Of a DNA stretch of 32,000 bases, positions 10,055 to 20,600 are shown one piece after another. Every line of letters begins with the position of its first letter. The stretch's first letter is position 1. A model generated the notes under the pieces. It had not been told where the DNA came from, made no database searches, and worked only from the letters and a program-made list of their open reading frames with translations. Position numbers and translations under genes: made by a program. Source of the stretch: Raphidiopsis brookii D9 (GTDB taxonomy: Bacteria > Cyanobacteriota > Cyanobacteriia > Cyanobacteriales > Nostocaceae); the NCBI GenBank assembly GCA_000175855.1, contig ACYB01000031.1:150001-182000 (forward strand), written 5' to 3'.

Positions 10055-10702
10055 TTAGGGCTGAAGGATTTTTATAAGAATACGCATTAAGCTTTCCAGC
10101 TCATCTGGTACTCGATACAGTTTTAATACTTGTTGAATTTGCTTACCACCCCGATCCAGAATTCCAAACTGCCAGATGTCACCTGTGGAAACAGCTCCGT
10201 GGAGAATGGGTTCTTCGCTGGTACTCCAGATATCAAGGGCAATCAGCTCAACTGCAAGTTGGGTAAAACCTCTAGTGAGATCTGCATTTTTTGCTTCAAC
10301 AATCAGGAGTTTACCTGCGGAGTACAAGTAGTAATCAAGGTAACCTTTAAGCTGTTCACTAACGTTCACGGAATATTCTACCCTAAGCTGGGCATGAGTA
10401 TAATGTAGTACATCTATTAATAAGGGAGCGATGAGTAGTTCACGGCGAGCAGCTTCGCTAGTGAGGCTAATATAGGGGAGGGTTTCTTGGATCCGGGTCT
10501 TTAGGTCGTCCAGTCGGTCAAGATTAATGTCCGACTGGGGGAGAGATAATGTTGACCGTTGGAACTCATAACCGAGTTCCCCCAGAATATCCTCCGGTTC
10601 ATAGTTCATTTCAAAGTATTGCCGGAAAGTATAAGAATGTCCCGGTTGTAAAATGGCGGGTCTCATTTTGGTTAAATTCCTGGAGGCAATTTGCAGTTGC
10701 AT
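10055..10702 (-). CDS. Uncharacterised protein with possible PD-(D/E)XK nuclease-like core
   Basis: 215-aa ORF with GYLDYYLYSAGKLLIVEAKNADLTRGFTQLAVELIAL (D...E-A-K pattern). Confidence 0.65.
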   Translation of the reverse strand: MQLQIASRNLTKMRPAILQPGHSYTFRQYFEMNYEPEDILGELGYEFQRSTLSLPQSDINLDRLDDLKTRIQETLPYISLTSEAARRELLIAPLLIDVLHYTHAQLRVEYSVNVSEQLKGYLDYYLYSAGKLLIVEAKNADLTRGFTQLAVELIALDIWSTSEEPILHGAVSTGDIWQFGILDRGGKQIQQVLKLYRVPDELESLMRILIKILQP

Positions 10703-10820
10703 TGAGTTGACAGTTTATGGTATTTTATAACTAAATGTCAAAAAAACTTTCATTTAAGAACAATCTCTGCTGGAATGAGGTGGACGGTATAGCCTGATTT
10801 CCAGTAGAAAATCTAGTAAT

Positions 10821-12419
10821 ATGCCCATAGCAATTGATTTTGGTACGAGTAATACGGTAATTACCCGATGGAACCCTGTGACCCAGCAACCGGAAACCCT
10901 CAGTTTACCAGGGTTATCTACTCGACAAGGTTTGAATCCTCCTTTGATACCTAGTTTAGTTTATATAGAAGCAGCAAATCAAGATCAGGTGTTAATTGGT
11001 CAGCAGATACGAGATCGGGGTTTAGATCTCATGGGTGACAGTAGATTTTTTCGCGGTTTTAAACGGGGTATTGGAGCAAATATTCAGGGTTTCTTACCAG
11101 AAATAGATGGGGAAACTATTACTTTTGAAAAGGTGGGTACATGGTTTCTCCAGAGGATAATGGCAGAGTTATTATCCCTTGAAGGCGGATTAGACTCTTT
11201 GGTGTTAACCGTTCCAGTAGATAGTTTTGAAGTTTATCGTTATTGGCTAGGCAAAGTTTTTCAAGCTTTGCCAGTTACACAAATTAGAATGTTAGATGAA
11301 CCTACCGCTGCTGCTTTAGCATACGGTGTAAAAGAGGCAGAAAATTTATTAGTGATTGATTTTGGCGGGGGAACCCTAGATCTATCCTTGGTGAATCTGG
11401 ATCAAAAATCTCTGGTAAATAATAAACCTGTGGGGTTTTTATTAAAATGGGGAAATAAATCTTTGGCACAGGATTCTCTACAAAAGGTAAAAACAGCTAA
11501 GGTCTTAGCCAAATCAGGACAAAACCTGGGTGGTACGGATATTGATAATTGGATAGTTGATTATTTTGCGACAACTCAGGGATTGCCAGTTAATTCTATT
11601 ACTACTAGATTGGCGGAGAAGTTGAAAATTGAATTGTCTACCCACAATCAAGCTGGAGAGGTCTACTTTGACGATCAAAATTTTGCCAGTTATGAGTTGG
11701 AGTTGAATCGTCAGACCTTAGCAACTATTCTCCAAGACCGAGGATTTTTTGCCGTGTTGGATGAGACTATGTTGAATTTATTACAACAGGCTCGTCGTCA
11801 AGGTGTGCAAGTAAATGATATTAGCGCGGTTTTATTGGTGGGTGGCACAGTACAATTACCTGCTATACAAAAGTGGGTCCAACAATACTTTCCACCCGAA
11901 AAAATCCTTTGCCAAAAACCCTTTGAGGCGATCGCTCAGGGTGCTTTACAAATCACCCAAGGTTTAGAAATAAAGGACTTTCTCTATCATAGCTATGGGA
12001 TCCGATATTGGGATAGACGCAATCAACGTCATAGTTGGCAACCAATTATCAAAGTTGGACAATCTTATCCCATGACTCAACCGGTAGAATTAGTATTAGG
12101 TGCTTCCAGGGAAAATCAACCTAGCATTGAATTAATTATAGGGGAACTAGCAGAAACAACCGGTGGTACAGAAGTGTATTTTGATGGCGATCGCCTGATT
12201 ACTCGTCAGGTCAACTCTCCAACCACCCTAGTCAAACCCCTCAATGACAGTGACAGTGCAAGGAAGATTGCCCAACTCACACCCCCTGGTTTTCCGGGGA
12301 GCGATCGGATTAAAGTTAAGTTTCAAGTTGATGAGGAACGGTTTTTAAAAATCACAGTAGAGGACTTATTGACGAATAATACCTTACTTGAGAATCAGGT
12401 TGTAGCTCAGTTGAGTTAA
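10821..12419 (+). CDS. Hsp70/DnaK-family protein
   Basis: N-terminal AIDFGTSNTVI; LDEPTAAALAYG; LLVIDFGGGTLDLSL; AVLLVGGTVQLPAIQKW actin-like ATPase motifs. Confidence 0.92.
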   Translation: MPIAIDFGTSNTVITRWNPVTQQPETLSLPGLSTRQGLNPPLIPSLVYIEAANQDQVLIGQQIRDRGLDLMGDSRFFRGFKRGIGANIQGFLPEIDGETITFEKVGTWFLQRIMAELLSLEGGLDSLVLTVPVDSFEVYRYWLGKVFQALPVTQIRMLDEPTAAALAYGVKEAENLLVIDFGGGTLDLSLVNLDQKSLVNNKPVGFLLKWGNKSLAQDSLQKVKTAKVLAKSGQNLGGTDIDNWIVDYFATTQGLPVNSITTRLAEKLKIELSTHNQAGEVYFDDQNFASYELELNRQTLATILQDRGFFAVLDETMLNLLQQARRQGVQVNDISAVLLVGGTVQLPAIQKWVQQYFPPEKILCQKPFEAIAQGALQITQGLEIKDFLYHSYGIRYWDRRNQRHSWQPIIKVGQSYPMTQPVELVLGASRENQPSIELIIGELAETTGGTEVYFDGDRLITRQVNSPTTLVKPLNDSDSARKIAQLTPPGFPGSDRIKVKFQVDEERFLKITVEDLLTNNTLLENQVVAQLS

Positions 12420-12453
12420 ATCGGTTCTCTGGTTGACAGTAAACTTAAAATTA

Positions 12454-12471
12454 GTTAACATATATGTTAAC
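12454..12471. repeat. 18-bp perfect palindrome GTTAACATATATGTTAAC
   Basis: Sequence equals its own reverse complement; intergenic between the Hsp70-like and pentapeptide-repeat genes. Confidence 0.9.
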
Positions 12472-12651
12472 AACATTTAATGTAGCGGAATTAGCAGTGC
12501 AAGACAGATAAAACTGTTGTATAGCAGGGGTTCTAGGTTAAATAACTAAATACCATGACATCACATCCAACTGGTGATATAAAGTAACATTTCTGCTCTA
12601 TTTTGTGAGACAATAGAAATGTGAGGATGTAAATATAAAAGAAGGGGAATT

Positions 12652-13107
12652 ATGAAACTTGAACTTTTAGGTACTGTAGCCCTGGTAGCTCCCCTATTGT
12701 TTGTTAGCTCGGTTAATGCTGGCAACAATCGTGATCTACAAAAACTTTTATCCACTGGTGAGTGTCAAAAATGCCAGCTGTCTCGGGTCAACCTGAGCGG
12801 TGCTCACCTGATTGGTGCAGACCTTAGGGGTGCAAATCTCCAAGGCGCTGACCTAACAAGTGTCAACTTGGAAGGAGCTGACCTAACAGGGGCCAATTTA
12901 TCAGGTGCCAATTTAACATCTGCCTTCGTTACCAATGTAAACATGAAACAGGCCAATCTCAACGGTGCTAATTTGACTAGTGCTGTGATTAATGATTCTA
13001 ATGTTTATCAAGCATCTATGAATAACCTTACCATTACCGATGCCCAAATCTATAACACTGCCATTGGTGTTGGTGGAGAAGACGGACAAATTCCTGACTG
13101 GGACTAG
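12652..13107 (+). CDS. Pentapeptide-repeat protein with signal-like N-terminus
   Basis: Tandem A(D/N)L-type repeats (GADLRGANLQGADLTSVNLEGADLTGANLSGANL) after a hydrophobic leader. Confidence 0.9.
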   Translation: MKLELLGTVALVAPLLFVSSVNAGNNRDLQKLLSTGECQKCQLSRVNLSGAHLIGADLRGANLQGADLTSVNLEGADLTGANLSGANLTSAFVTNVNMKQANLNGANLTSAVINDSNVYQASMNNLTITDAQIYNTAIGVGGEDGQIPDWD

Positions 13108-13155
13108 GTGTAATTGGGTATAAACTTGCCCCAAACTAGTTGGAGCAAGTTGATT

Positions 13156-14427
13156 TTATCTCAAGCTGGAAACAGGTGAATTAACATACTCACCAGCTGC
13201 TTGCTTAAGAACGGCTGCCTTATCAGTACGCTCCCATGGTAAGTCCAGATCAGAACGTCCCAAGTGACCATAAGCTGCGACATCCTGATAAAAACGTCCG
13301 CCCCTCTCACTGGGTAAATTCCTGAGATTAAAGGCGTGGATGATTCCTGCGGGACGCAGTTCAAAGTGATCTTTGACTAATTGCAGTAAAACTTCATCAT
13401 CCACCTTGCTAGTACCAAAAGTATCTACAAAAATACTCACAGGTCTAGCCACACCAATGGCATAACTTAATTGAACCTCACATTTTTCAGCCAATCCAGC
13501 CGCAACAATGTTTTTTGCTGCGTAGCGAGCTGCGTATGCTGCAGAGCGGTCTACCTTAGTGGGATCCTTACCGGAGAAAGCACCACCACCATGGCGAGAA
13601 TAACCACCATAGGTGTCAACAATGATTTTTCTTCCCGTTAGTCCAGAATCCCCTTGAGGTCCACCAATAACAAATTTACCAGTGGGATTAACCAAAAACC
13701 GGGTGGTTTCGTCTGGTTTGACAGTAATATCACCAAATACAGGCTCTACCACTAAAGTCCACAAATCCTGCTTTATCTTGGCTTGCACGCCAGCTTCATC
13801 CGTAATATCCCCAATATTAGGTGTATGCTGAGTGGAAATCAAGATGGTATCAATACCCACGGGTTTACCATCTTCGTAAACTACGGTAACCTGGGTTTTC
13901 CCGTCGGGACGTAGATATGGTAAATCTCCAGTTTTTCTGACAGCTGCCAATCTACGGGCAATGCGGTGAGCCAAACTAATGGGTAAAGGCATGAGTTCTG
14001 GTGTTTCATTACATGCAAAACCGAACATTAGTCCTTGATCACCAGCCCCGATTTTATCGAATTGTTCTTCACTATCCTGAGTACGGGTTTCATGGGCAGT
14101 ATTTACACCTTGGGCAATATCAGGTGACTGTTCATCTATAGCTAAAAGTACACTGGTGCTATTAGCAGAAAAACCGTTGACTGCATCGGTATAGCCAATT
14201 TCCGCAATTTTCTTACGAGCTAGGTGCACGAAGTTGACGTTAGCTTTAGTGGTAATTTCACCAGTAATTAGCACTAACCCAGTATTAACAACTACCTCTG
14301 CTGCCACCCTACTAGTAGGATCTTCCGTTAATAAAGCATCCAGAATTGTATCGGAGATTTGATCACAGATTTTATCTGGGTGTCCTTCAGTAACAGACTC
14401 GGAGGTAAATAAATAGCGTCGAGACAA
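13156..14427 (-). CDS. metK: S-adenosylmethionine synthetase
   Basis: [20 protein letters not shown]; [12 protein letters not shown]; [23 protein letters not shown]. Confidence 0.98.
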   Translation of the reverse strand: MSRRYLFTSESVTEGHPDKICDQISDTILDALLTEDPTSRVAAEVVVNTGLVLITGEITTKANVNFVHLARKKIAEIGYTDAVNGFSANSTSVLLAIDEQSPDIAQGVNTAHETRTQDSEEQFDKIGAGDQGLMFGFACNETPELMPLPISLAHRIARRLAAVRKTGDLPYLRPDGKTQVTVVYEDGKPVGIDTILISTQHTPNIGDITDEAGVQAKIKQDLWTLVVEPVFGDITVKPDETTRFLVNPTGKFVIGGPQGDSGLTGRKIIVDTYGGYSRHGGGAFSGKDPTKVDRSAAYAARYAAKNIVAAGLAEKCEVQLSYAIGVARPVSIFVDTFGTSKVDDEVLLQLVKDHFELRPAGIIHAFNLRNLPSERGGRFYQDVAAYGHLGRSDLDLPWERTDKAAVLKQAAGEYVNSPVSSLR

Positions 14428-14458
14428 GGGAAACTCCTCCTGGTAGAATTTGAATCAC

Positions 14459-14512
14459 TAACTAAATTAAGGTCTTTCCAGGGATGTTCCCAGAGGTCTT
14501 CTAGTTTAGTTA
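14459..14512 (-). promoter_or_regulatory. Potential stem-loop in metK upstream/leader region
   Basis: Perfect 8-bp inverted repeat TAACTAAA (14459-14466) / TTTAGTTA (14505-14512), extendable by a G-U and two more pairs, with inner GGGA-TGT-TCCC (14481-14491). Confidence 0.4.
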
Positions 14513-14823
14513 ATTTATGAAATGATAACTATATTTATACAAACTGGCAATGTACATTTGTTATTCAGCCTAAAATGTTAACAAAATTAAGAACTCAATC
14601 AGCTCACCCGAACAAAGTCCTATACTATAGAATATGTTTGCTAATGGCACAATCAATTAAGACAACTTAAATGCTAACCTGGTAATCCAAAAAAGGATTA
14701 ATTATGCGGTTAAGACAGTTGACTTCTGCTCCAAAGGTAGTAATTAAGTAACAGATGTGACAGACAGCCAAGTCCAAAAGCTTGTATTGAACAGAGATTA
14801 GTGAAAAGAAAAGTAAAATTTTT

Positions 14824-16935
14824 ATGGTTTCCCCAATTCGATTTTTAATGTGTGCCCCCGACCACTACGAGGTGGACTACGTAATTAACCCCTGGATGGA
14901 AGGCAATATCCATAAGTCATCCCGCGATCACGCTGCGGACCAGTGGAATAAATTATATAAAGTAATCAAAGATCACGCTATTGTAGATTTAGTCACACCA
15001 GAGAAGGGTTGGCCGGACATGGTGTTCACAGCGAATGCGGGATTGGTTTTAGGCCAGAATGTGGTTCTCAGTCGCTTTCTACATAAAGAACGTCAGGGAG
15101 AAGAACCCTATTTCCAACAATGGTTTGAAAACAACGGTTATAATGTCCAGGTTTTGCCCAAGGATTTACCATTTGAAGGTGCTGGTGATGCACTGTTAGA
15201 CCGAGAGGGGCGTTGGTTATGGGCGGGGTATGGTTTCCGTTCTGAGTTGGATTCCCACCCCTATTTGGCTAAGTGGTTAGATATTGAGGTTATTTCCCTA
15301 CGTTTAATAGATGATAGGTTCTACCATTTGGACACCTGTTTTTGTCCCCTCACCAATGGCTATTTGCTGTACTATCCTGGTGCGTTTGATTCCTACTCCA
15401 ATCGAGTGATTGAAATGCGGGTAGCTTTGGAAAAACGCATCGCCATTGAGGAAAAGGATGCGGTTAATTTTGCCTGTAACGCGGTTAATATTGATCACAT
15501 CGTGATTATGAACAAAGCCAGCGATGAACTAAAATCAAAATTAGCTCAAGTGGGTTTTCAAGTTATTGAAACTCCTTTAACTGAGTTCCTCAAAGCTGGT
15601 GGTGCATCTAAGTGTCTAACCCTGAGAGTGACCGAACCTATCAAAGAAGAGGTACATGCTACAACCCAGGTGGAAAGTAGAATAATTCGATTGGAAGGAC
15701 ACTTGCTAGATGCAGGATTAATCAACCGAGCTTTGGATTTAATTGTGGATATGGGAGGAAGTTTCCAAGTCCTCAAATTTAATTTGGGAGAGCAGCGTCA
15801 AAGTACCTCCGCAGCAGAAGTCAAGGTTTCTGCACCATCTCATGATGTGATGGAAGGAATCTTCTCCAACTTGATTGATCTGGGCGCGGTGGATTTACCT
15901 CAAGACGAAAAAGATGCCAGGTTGGAACCAGTTTTACAAGCGGGAGTCGCCCCCGATGACTTTTATGTCAGCACAATTTATCCCACAGAAGTTAGAATAA
16001 ACGGCGTCTGGTTCAAAGTAGAAAGTCAACGCATGGACGGAGCGATCGCCATTTCTCACACACCCAATGGAATAGTGGCAAAATGTAAGATTTTGCGGGA
16101 TCTGGAAATTGGAGAGCAAGTAGTAGTTGATGTTCAAGGTATTCGCAGCATCCGTAAAACTGAATCCCGTGAGCAACGCAATGCCCAAGAATTTAGTTTT
16201 ATGTCCTCCGGTGTTTCCAGCGAAAGACGGGTGGAACTGGTGGTTGAGCAGGTGGCCTGGGAATTACGCAAAATTCGTGATGCTGGTGGTAAGGTAGTGG
16301 TTACCGCAGGACCGGTGGTGATTCATACCGGTGGTGGAGAACATCTAGCTAGATTAATTCGGGAAGGTTATATTCAAGGACTTCTCGGTGGAAATGCGAT
16401 CGCAGTTCACGACATCGAGCAGAATATGATGGGCACATCCCTCGGTGTAGACATGAAACGAGGTATAGCAGTACGGGGTGGTCATAGACATCACTTGAAG
16501 GTAATTAATGCCATACGCCGTTTTGGCAGCATTGCTAGAGCAGTAGATGCTGGGGTCATCACTGGGGGGGTTATGTATGAATGTGTGAAAAATGATATTC
16601 CTTTTATCCTAGCTGGTTCTATTCGGGATGATGGACCTTTACCAGATACCCAAATGAACCTCATCTTAGCTCAACAGGAATATACCAAAGTCATTCAGGG
16701 AGCAGAAATGATTTTAATGCTATCTTCCATGCTCCATTCTATTGGAGTGGGCAATATGACCCCTGCAGGAGTTAGAATGGTGTGTGTGGATATCAACCCA
16801 GCAGTGGTCACCAAGTTGAGCGATCGCGGTTCAGTTGAGTCTATAGGTGTAGTAACAGATGTGGGTTTATTCCTCAGTTTATTAGTACAGCAGTTAGACA
16901 AACTGACAAGTCCATACGTATCTAACGTTGGCTAG
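14824..16935 (+). CDS. agrE: Arginine dihydrolase plus C-terminal LOR/SDH-like domain (bifunctional AgrE/ArgZ type)
   Basis: N-terminal amidinotransferase-like MCAPDHYEVDYVINPWM...VFTANAGLV...GYGFRSE; C-terminal LOR/SDH-type region ('HTGGGEHLARLIREGYIQGLLGGNAIAVHDIE', 'GGVMYECVKNDIPFILAGSIRDDGPLPDT'). Confidence 0.88.
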   Translation: MVSPIRFLMCAPDHYEVDYVINPWMEGNIHKSSRDHAADQWNKLYKVIKDHAIVDLVTPEKGWPDMVFTANAGLVLGQNVVLSRFLHKERQGEEPYFQQWFENNGYNVQVLPKDLPFEGAGDALLDREGRWLWAGYGFRSELDSHPYLAKWLDIEVISLRLIDDRFYHLDTCFCPLTNGYLLYYPGAFDSYSNRVIEMRVALEKRIAIEEKDAVNFACNAVNIDHIVIMNKASDELKSKLAQVGFQVIETPLTEFLKAGGASKCLTLRVTEPIKEEVHATTQVESRIIRLEGHLLDAGLINRALDLIVDMGGSFQVLKFNLGEQRQSTSAAEVKVSAPSHDVMEGIFSNLIDLGAVDLPQDEKDARLEPVLQAGVAPDDFYVSTIYPTEVRINGVWFKVESQRMDGAIAISHTPNGIVAKCKILRDLEIGEQVVVDVQGIRSIRKTESREQRNAQEFSFMSSGVSSERRVELVVEQVAWELRKIRDAGGKVVVTAGPVVIHTGGGEHLARLIREGYIQGLLGGNAIAVHDIEQNMMGTSLGVDMKRGIAVRGGHRHHLKVINAIRRFGSIARAVDAGVITGGVMYECVKNDIPFILAGSIRDDGPLPDTQMNLILAQQEYTKVIQGAEMILMLSSMLHSIGVGNMTPAGVRMVCVDINPAVVTKLSDRGSVESIGVVTDVGLFLSLLVQQLDKLTSPYVSNVG

Positions 16936-16989
16936 TACCCACCTGGTAAATTAATAATGACTGGAGGATGTTATCCCCCAGTCATATAG

Positions 16990-17375
16990 TGGATCCGAGC
17001 AGAGTCGAACTGCTGTCCAAATTGGGTATTGACCCCCCGCTCACTCACAGGTTTAGCTTTTCTTACCCTCAAAGCTGGGATCGTTCATTGTCCCGAACCT
17101 AGGATGCTCTGATTAAGTCTTTTCTAACAAGCCAACCAGAGAACACTTGTTAGAGCATCCGTTGGGGTTAGGTCTCTAGTCCTTAACGGAGTCAAACCAG
17201 AGACGCTCGGACCTATAAGAGGTTATTAGGCAGCAACTAGGGCTTCCTTACGAGCAAATTTTACGATATTGTTCGCATTTACGTTGTTTTGAGCCTTTGA
17301 TTTGCGAGAGGAGACTCACTCTCGACCTGAATCACAGAGCAGCTTTCGCCAACCTGTCGAAACCGTGACGGACCC
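16990..17375 (-). ncRNA. ssrA: tmRNA (one-piece)
   Basis: Minus strand runs GGGTCCGTCACGGTTTCGACAGGTTGG...CAGCAGTTCGACTCTGCTCGGATCCA. The termini can form a 7-bp acceptor stem (GGGTCCG/CGGATCC). A tag ORF and the T-arm GTTCGACTC are present. Confidence 0.96.
17229..17276 (-). other. tmRNA proteolysis tag coding segment
   Basis: GCGAACAATATCGTAAAATTTGCTCGTAAGGAAGCCCTAGTTGCTGCC + TAATAA encodes ANNIVKFARKEALVAA. Confidence 0.93.
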
Positions 17376-17625
17376 ATGCTTTTTATCCTTACATTTATAA
17401 TATATCACAAGATTTACTAAATGTCCAGGTCCAGCACAAAAAATTTTTTTCGCCTCCTGGGAAGACCTAGGAGTTAGGAAGAGAACTAATTAACCACAAT
17501 ATGTCTTACCAGGATACTCATAACCGCTACATTGCGTAACCAATCACATGCAAATTCGGTTAAAACTGACTGGTAAACAGGCGATCGCACAGTGAGTGGG
17601 AAAGATTTCTGAAACTTAAATTTTT

Positions 17626-20600
17626 TTATTTAGAAGAGAGAATCAAACTCAAAACATTTAATTCTTGGGAGTTCAGCAGGTATTTCTCTGTAAACAACTT
17701 ATCTCGCATTTCGTCTAAGCTATAACTGTTGAATACGATAAAGGGAAATTCTTCATAAATGTGTCCTATGGGTAAAATATTAGTTACAGGATATAAAGAG
17801 CGAATGTAAATAGATAATATATCTTTAAATCGCATATCCTCCGGTTCTTGAGGGTGAGTTTCAAAGTATTGTTTCATCACATCACCACTAATAAACGCAA
17901 ATAGAGGAAGAGCATAGTACTGATCTGCTTGTAGACTTTCCTGATATTGATCATACTTTTGACTTTTTTTAGGTGCATTAATTAGTTTTTCCACCAATTC
18001 CATACCATCTTTTACCGCTGAGGTGAGATTTTCTGGATAACTGGGATTGGAACTAATATTTTTCAGCTTGTTTAAGAGTTCTGGGTTAGCATATTTTTGG
18101 ATTTCTAACAACGGTATGGAATAGGACTGTCGAATTTGGGAACAGGGAACAATCAATAATCCACCACTAATATAAGCCAATTCTAAGGGAATAAAATCCA
18201 ATAGCTGGTCTAATGTTTTAGAAGAATCGGCAAATTTGCTGTTAAAGCTTTCCCGAATTTTTAAATAACTCTCTTGGTGACTCTTGCTAGTAGTGAATTT
18301 AGCTCTACTCATTAATGATTCTATTTTCATATAGGCATCTTGTAAGCAAGTATGACTTTTGTTATAACTATATTCTCTTTTAAGTTGGGTAATTAGATTT
18401 TCGATTTTACTAGCAAAGGAATCTCCCGCTGCAAAGACTGACTTTCCACCAATGGGAATCAGAATATAATTTTTCTTCCCCAGAGAGCCATAACCTTGAA
18501 TTCTGGTCATGATGGATGCTTTGAGAATTAGTAGCAGATTTAATAAACTGAGGCAATTTTCTCTCACCGATATGTCCATTTGATCACCATAGTAAACCGA
18601 ACGTTCTGCTAAATAGAAATTGATATACTTATCTTGATTGTCAATATCATCTTCTCCCCTCCCTCGGTAAATTACCTGAATTATTTCCATGAGATTTTTT
18701 TCAATTTCAAATTTAGGAATCTCTACCAATATATGCTTGGCTTTAGGAAAAGATAATCCCCGACTTCCAGAAGCGGTCATAAATATAACTTTTACTGTTT
18801 TTTGATATTTTTTAACTTCTTCTTTTTCCGCTGCTGATATATTGGCATGTATGGCTAAAAAATGCTGATTTTGTCTAAAATTTTCCCTACCTAGCTCCTG
18901 CTGAATTTTATCAATCAATTCTGATAATTTGGATTTATTTTGGATATAAACTATAAATTGTTCAACATTGTCTTTTGTTAACAATTCTCGGATATCTTTA
19001 AATAGCTCTTCTTGACATTTTTTTTCTAATTCGGATTTGTTTTTTAACTTGGATTGATTATTGAACCGACATGATTCGACAATAATTTGATACTTGATCG
19101 TTAAGCTTTTGGCTGGATAGGTATTTGTATTAATCAAAATAGCACTCTTACTAGCAAATTCAAAAGATTCTACACTAAGAGGTTGAATGTGAGATTCTGC
19201 TCGTCTAAAGTAAATCTTGTTTGGTTGGGGAGAACCATCTTTTAAATGTTGAGATATCACATTTTTATCAACTATAGAAGCATCAGCTACAATAATTTTA
19301 GTGTTAAAACCGTTGTTTTGGTCGCTTAATTGATACTTGTTGACAATTTTTTTGATCCCTTGTAAAAATTCTGCACCTCCTTCATCTCCTGTAATTTCAT
19401 CTATCATAATAAATAGATGTTTAATCCGACTAGATATATTACGCATTCTTTCTGTTAGGACTTTATCTTCTTTGGAGTTGTATGCATCACTAAAGATTTT
19501 TTCTAGGTGTTTTAAGGTATCCCCAAGCTGTGTTTTTCTGAGAGATTGAATAGAAGAGGTAGCAATAATTTGATTATGTTTTTGATCAGCAATTAGATGA
19601 TGTAGTCCTTGACAAATACTATTTAATACTCCCTTATTTTTTGTCCCCATATCCTTAAAAGTATCATCAGTTATTTGTGCCAATCTATTTTTTCTATGGG
19701 ATATTCTGTCCATGTTGTTGCTGTTAAGAAACCGTACATTTCCTAAGGTGAAATCTTCTTCGTGATCATTTGATGTATAAGCAACTGATAGTTCACCAAA
19801 ATTATCTTGAATCAAATTGCTATCGCTGTTAATAGCGAATATTCTATCATCTACAAGTTTACCATCTTTCCGATTCTTAAATTTTTCAATAATATCCAAA
19901 TTAACTTGTTTGCGAGGACTAACATAGAAAAATAAAAAACCTTCATCTTTATGTTCAATAATAAAATCAACGATGGCTGTGGTTTTGCCAATCCCGGGAT
20001 TGCCAGTGAGAAATAGGTAGGTGTTGTCTGAAGCAAGATATCTTTGAATTAATTGATTATGTGCTTGTCTAAAATTAGGTCTTCCCGTTAAATCTAAACT
20101 AGATATCAATTCTGATGGTACGGGAGCAACGGTGTTATAAAATCCTGAAATCGTTTCTATATGAGGTGGTAAAATATTGATGGTGTCTGGGCTAATACCC
20201 ATAATTGAATCAACCATTTTTCTCCCTTGAGCAAAATTTCTTTGGGCGTTAATGCGTATGTTAAGAAAAACTCTTTCACGCACTTCCATAATTTCTTCCC
20301 GTCTATTATGTTCTCGATAAATTTGATAACAGGGTTCCAATAGTTCTAAATTTTCTCCAGGAATACATATAGTGTTCACAGAGCGATCGCTATATCCTAC
20401 AGCATTACAGACTAATCTTTTTCTGTCAGGAATTATCCCTTTTTCGACCAGGTTGCTCTTTTGTAAAAATTGCCAAAAACTATAAATGTAACTACCTGCT
20501 TGAATTGATTTAGCGCTTTCTTTGTCCTGATATTTAAAAGCAGTGAAAAATTCTTTTAAGTCTGAATCAAAGTCTAAACTTAGGGTTTCGGTATCAATCA

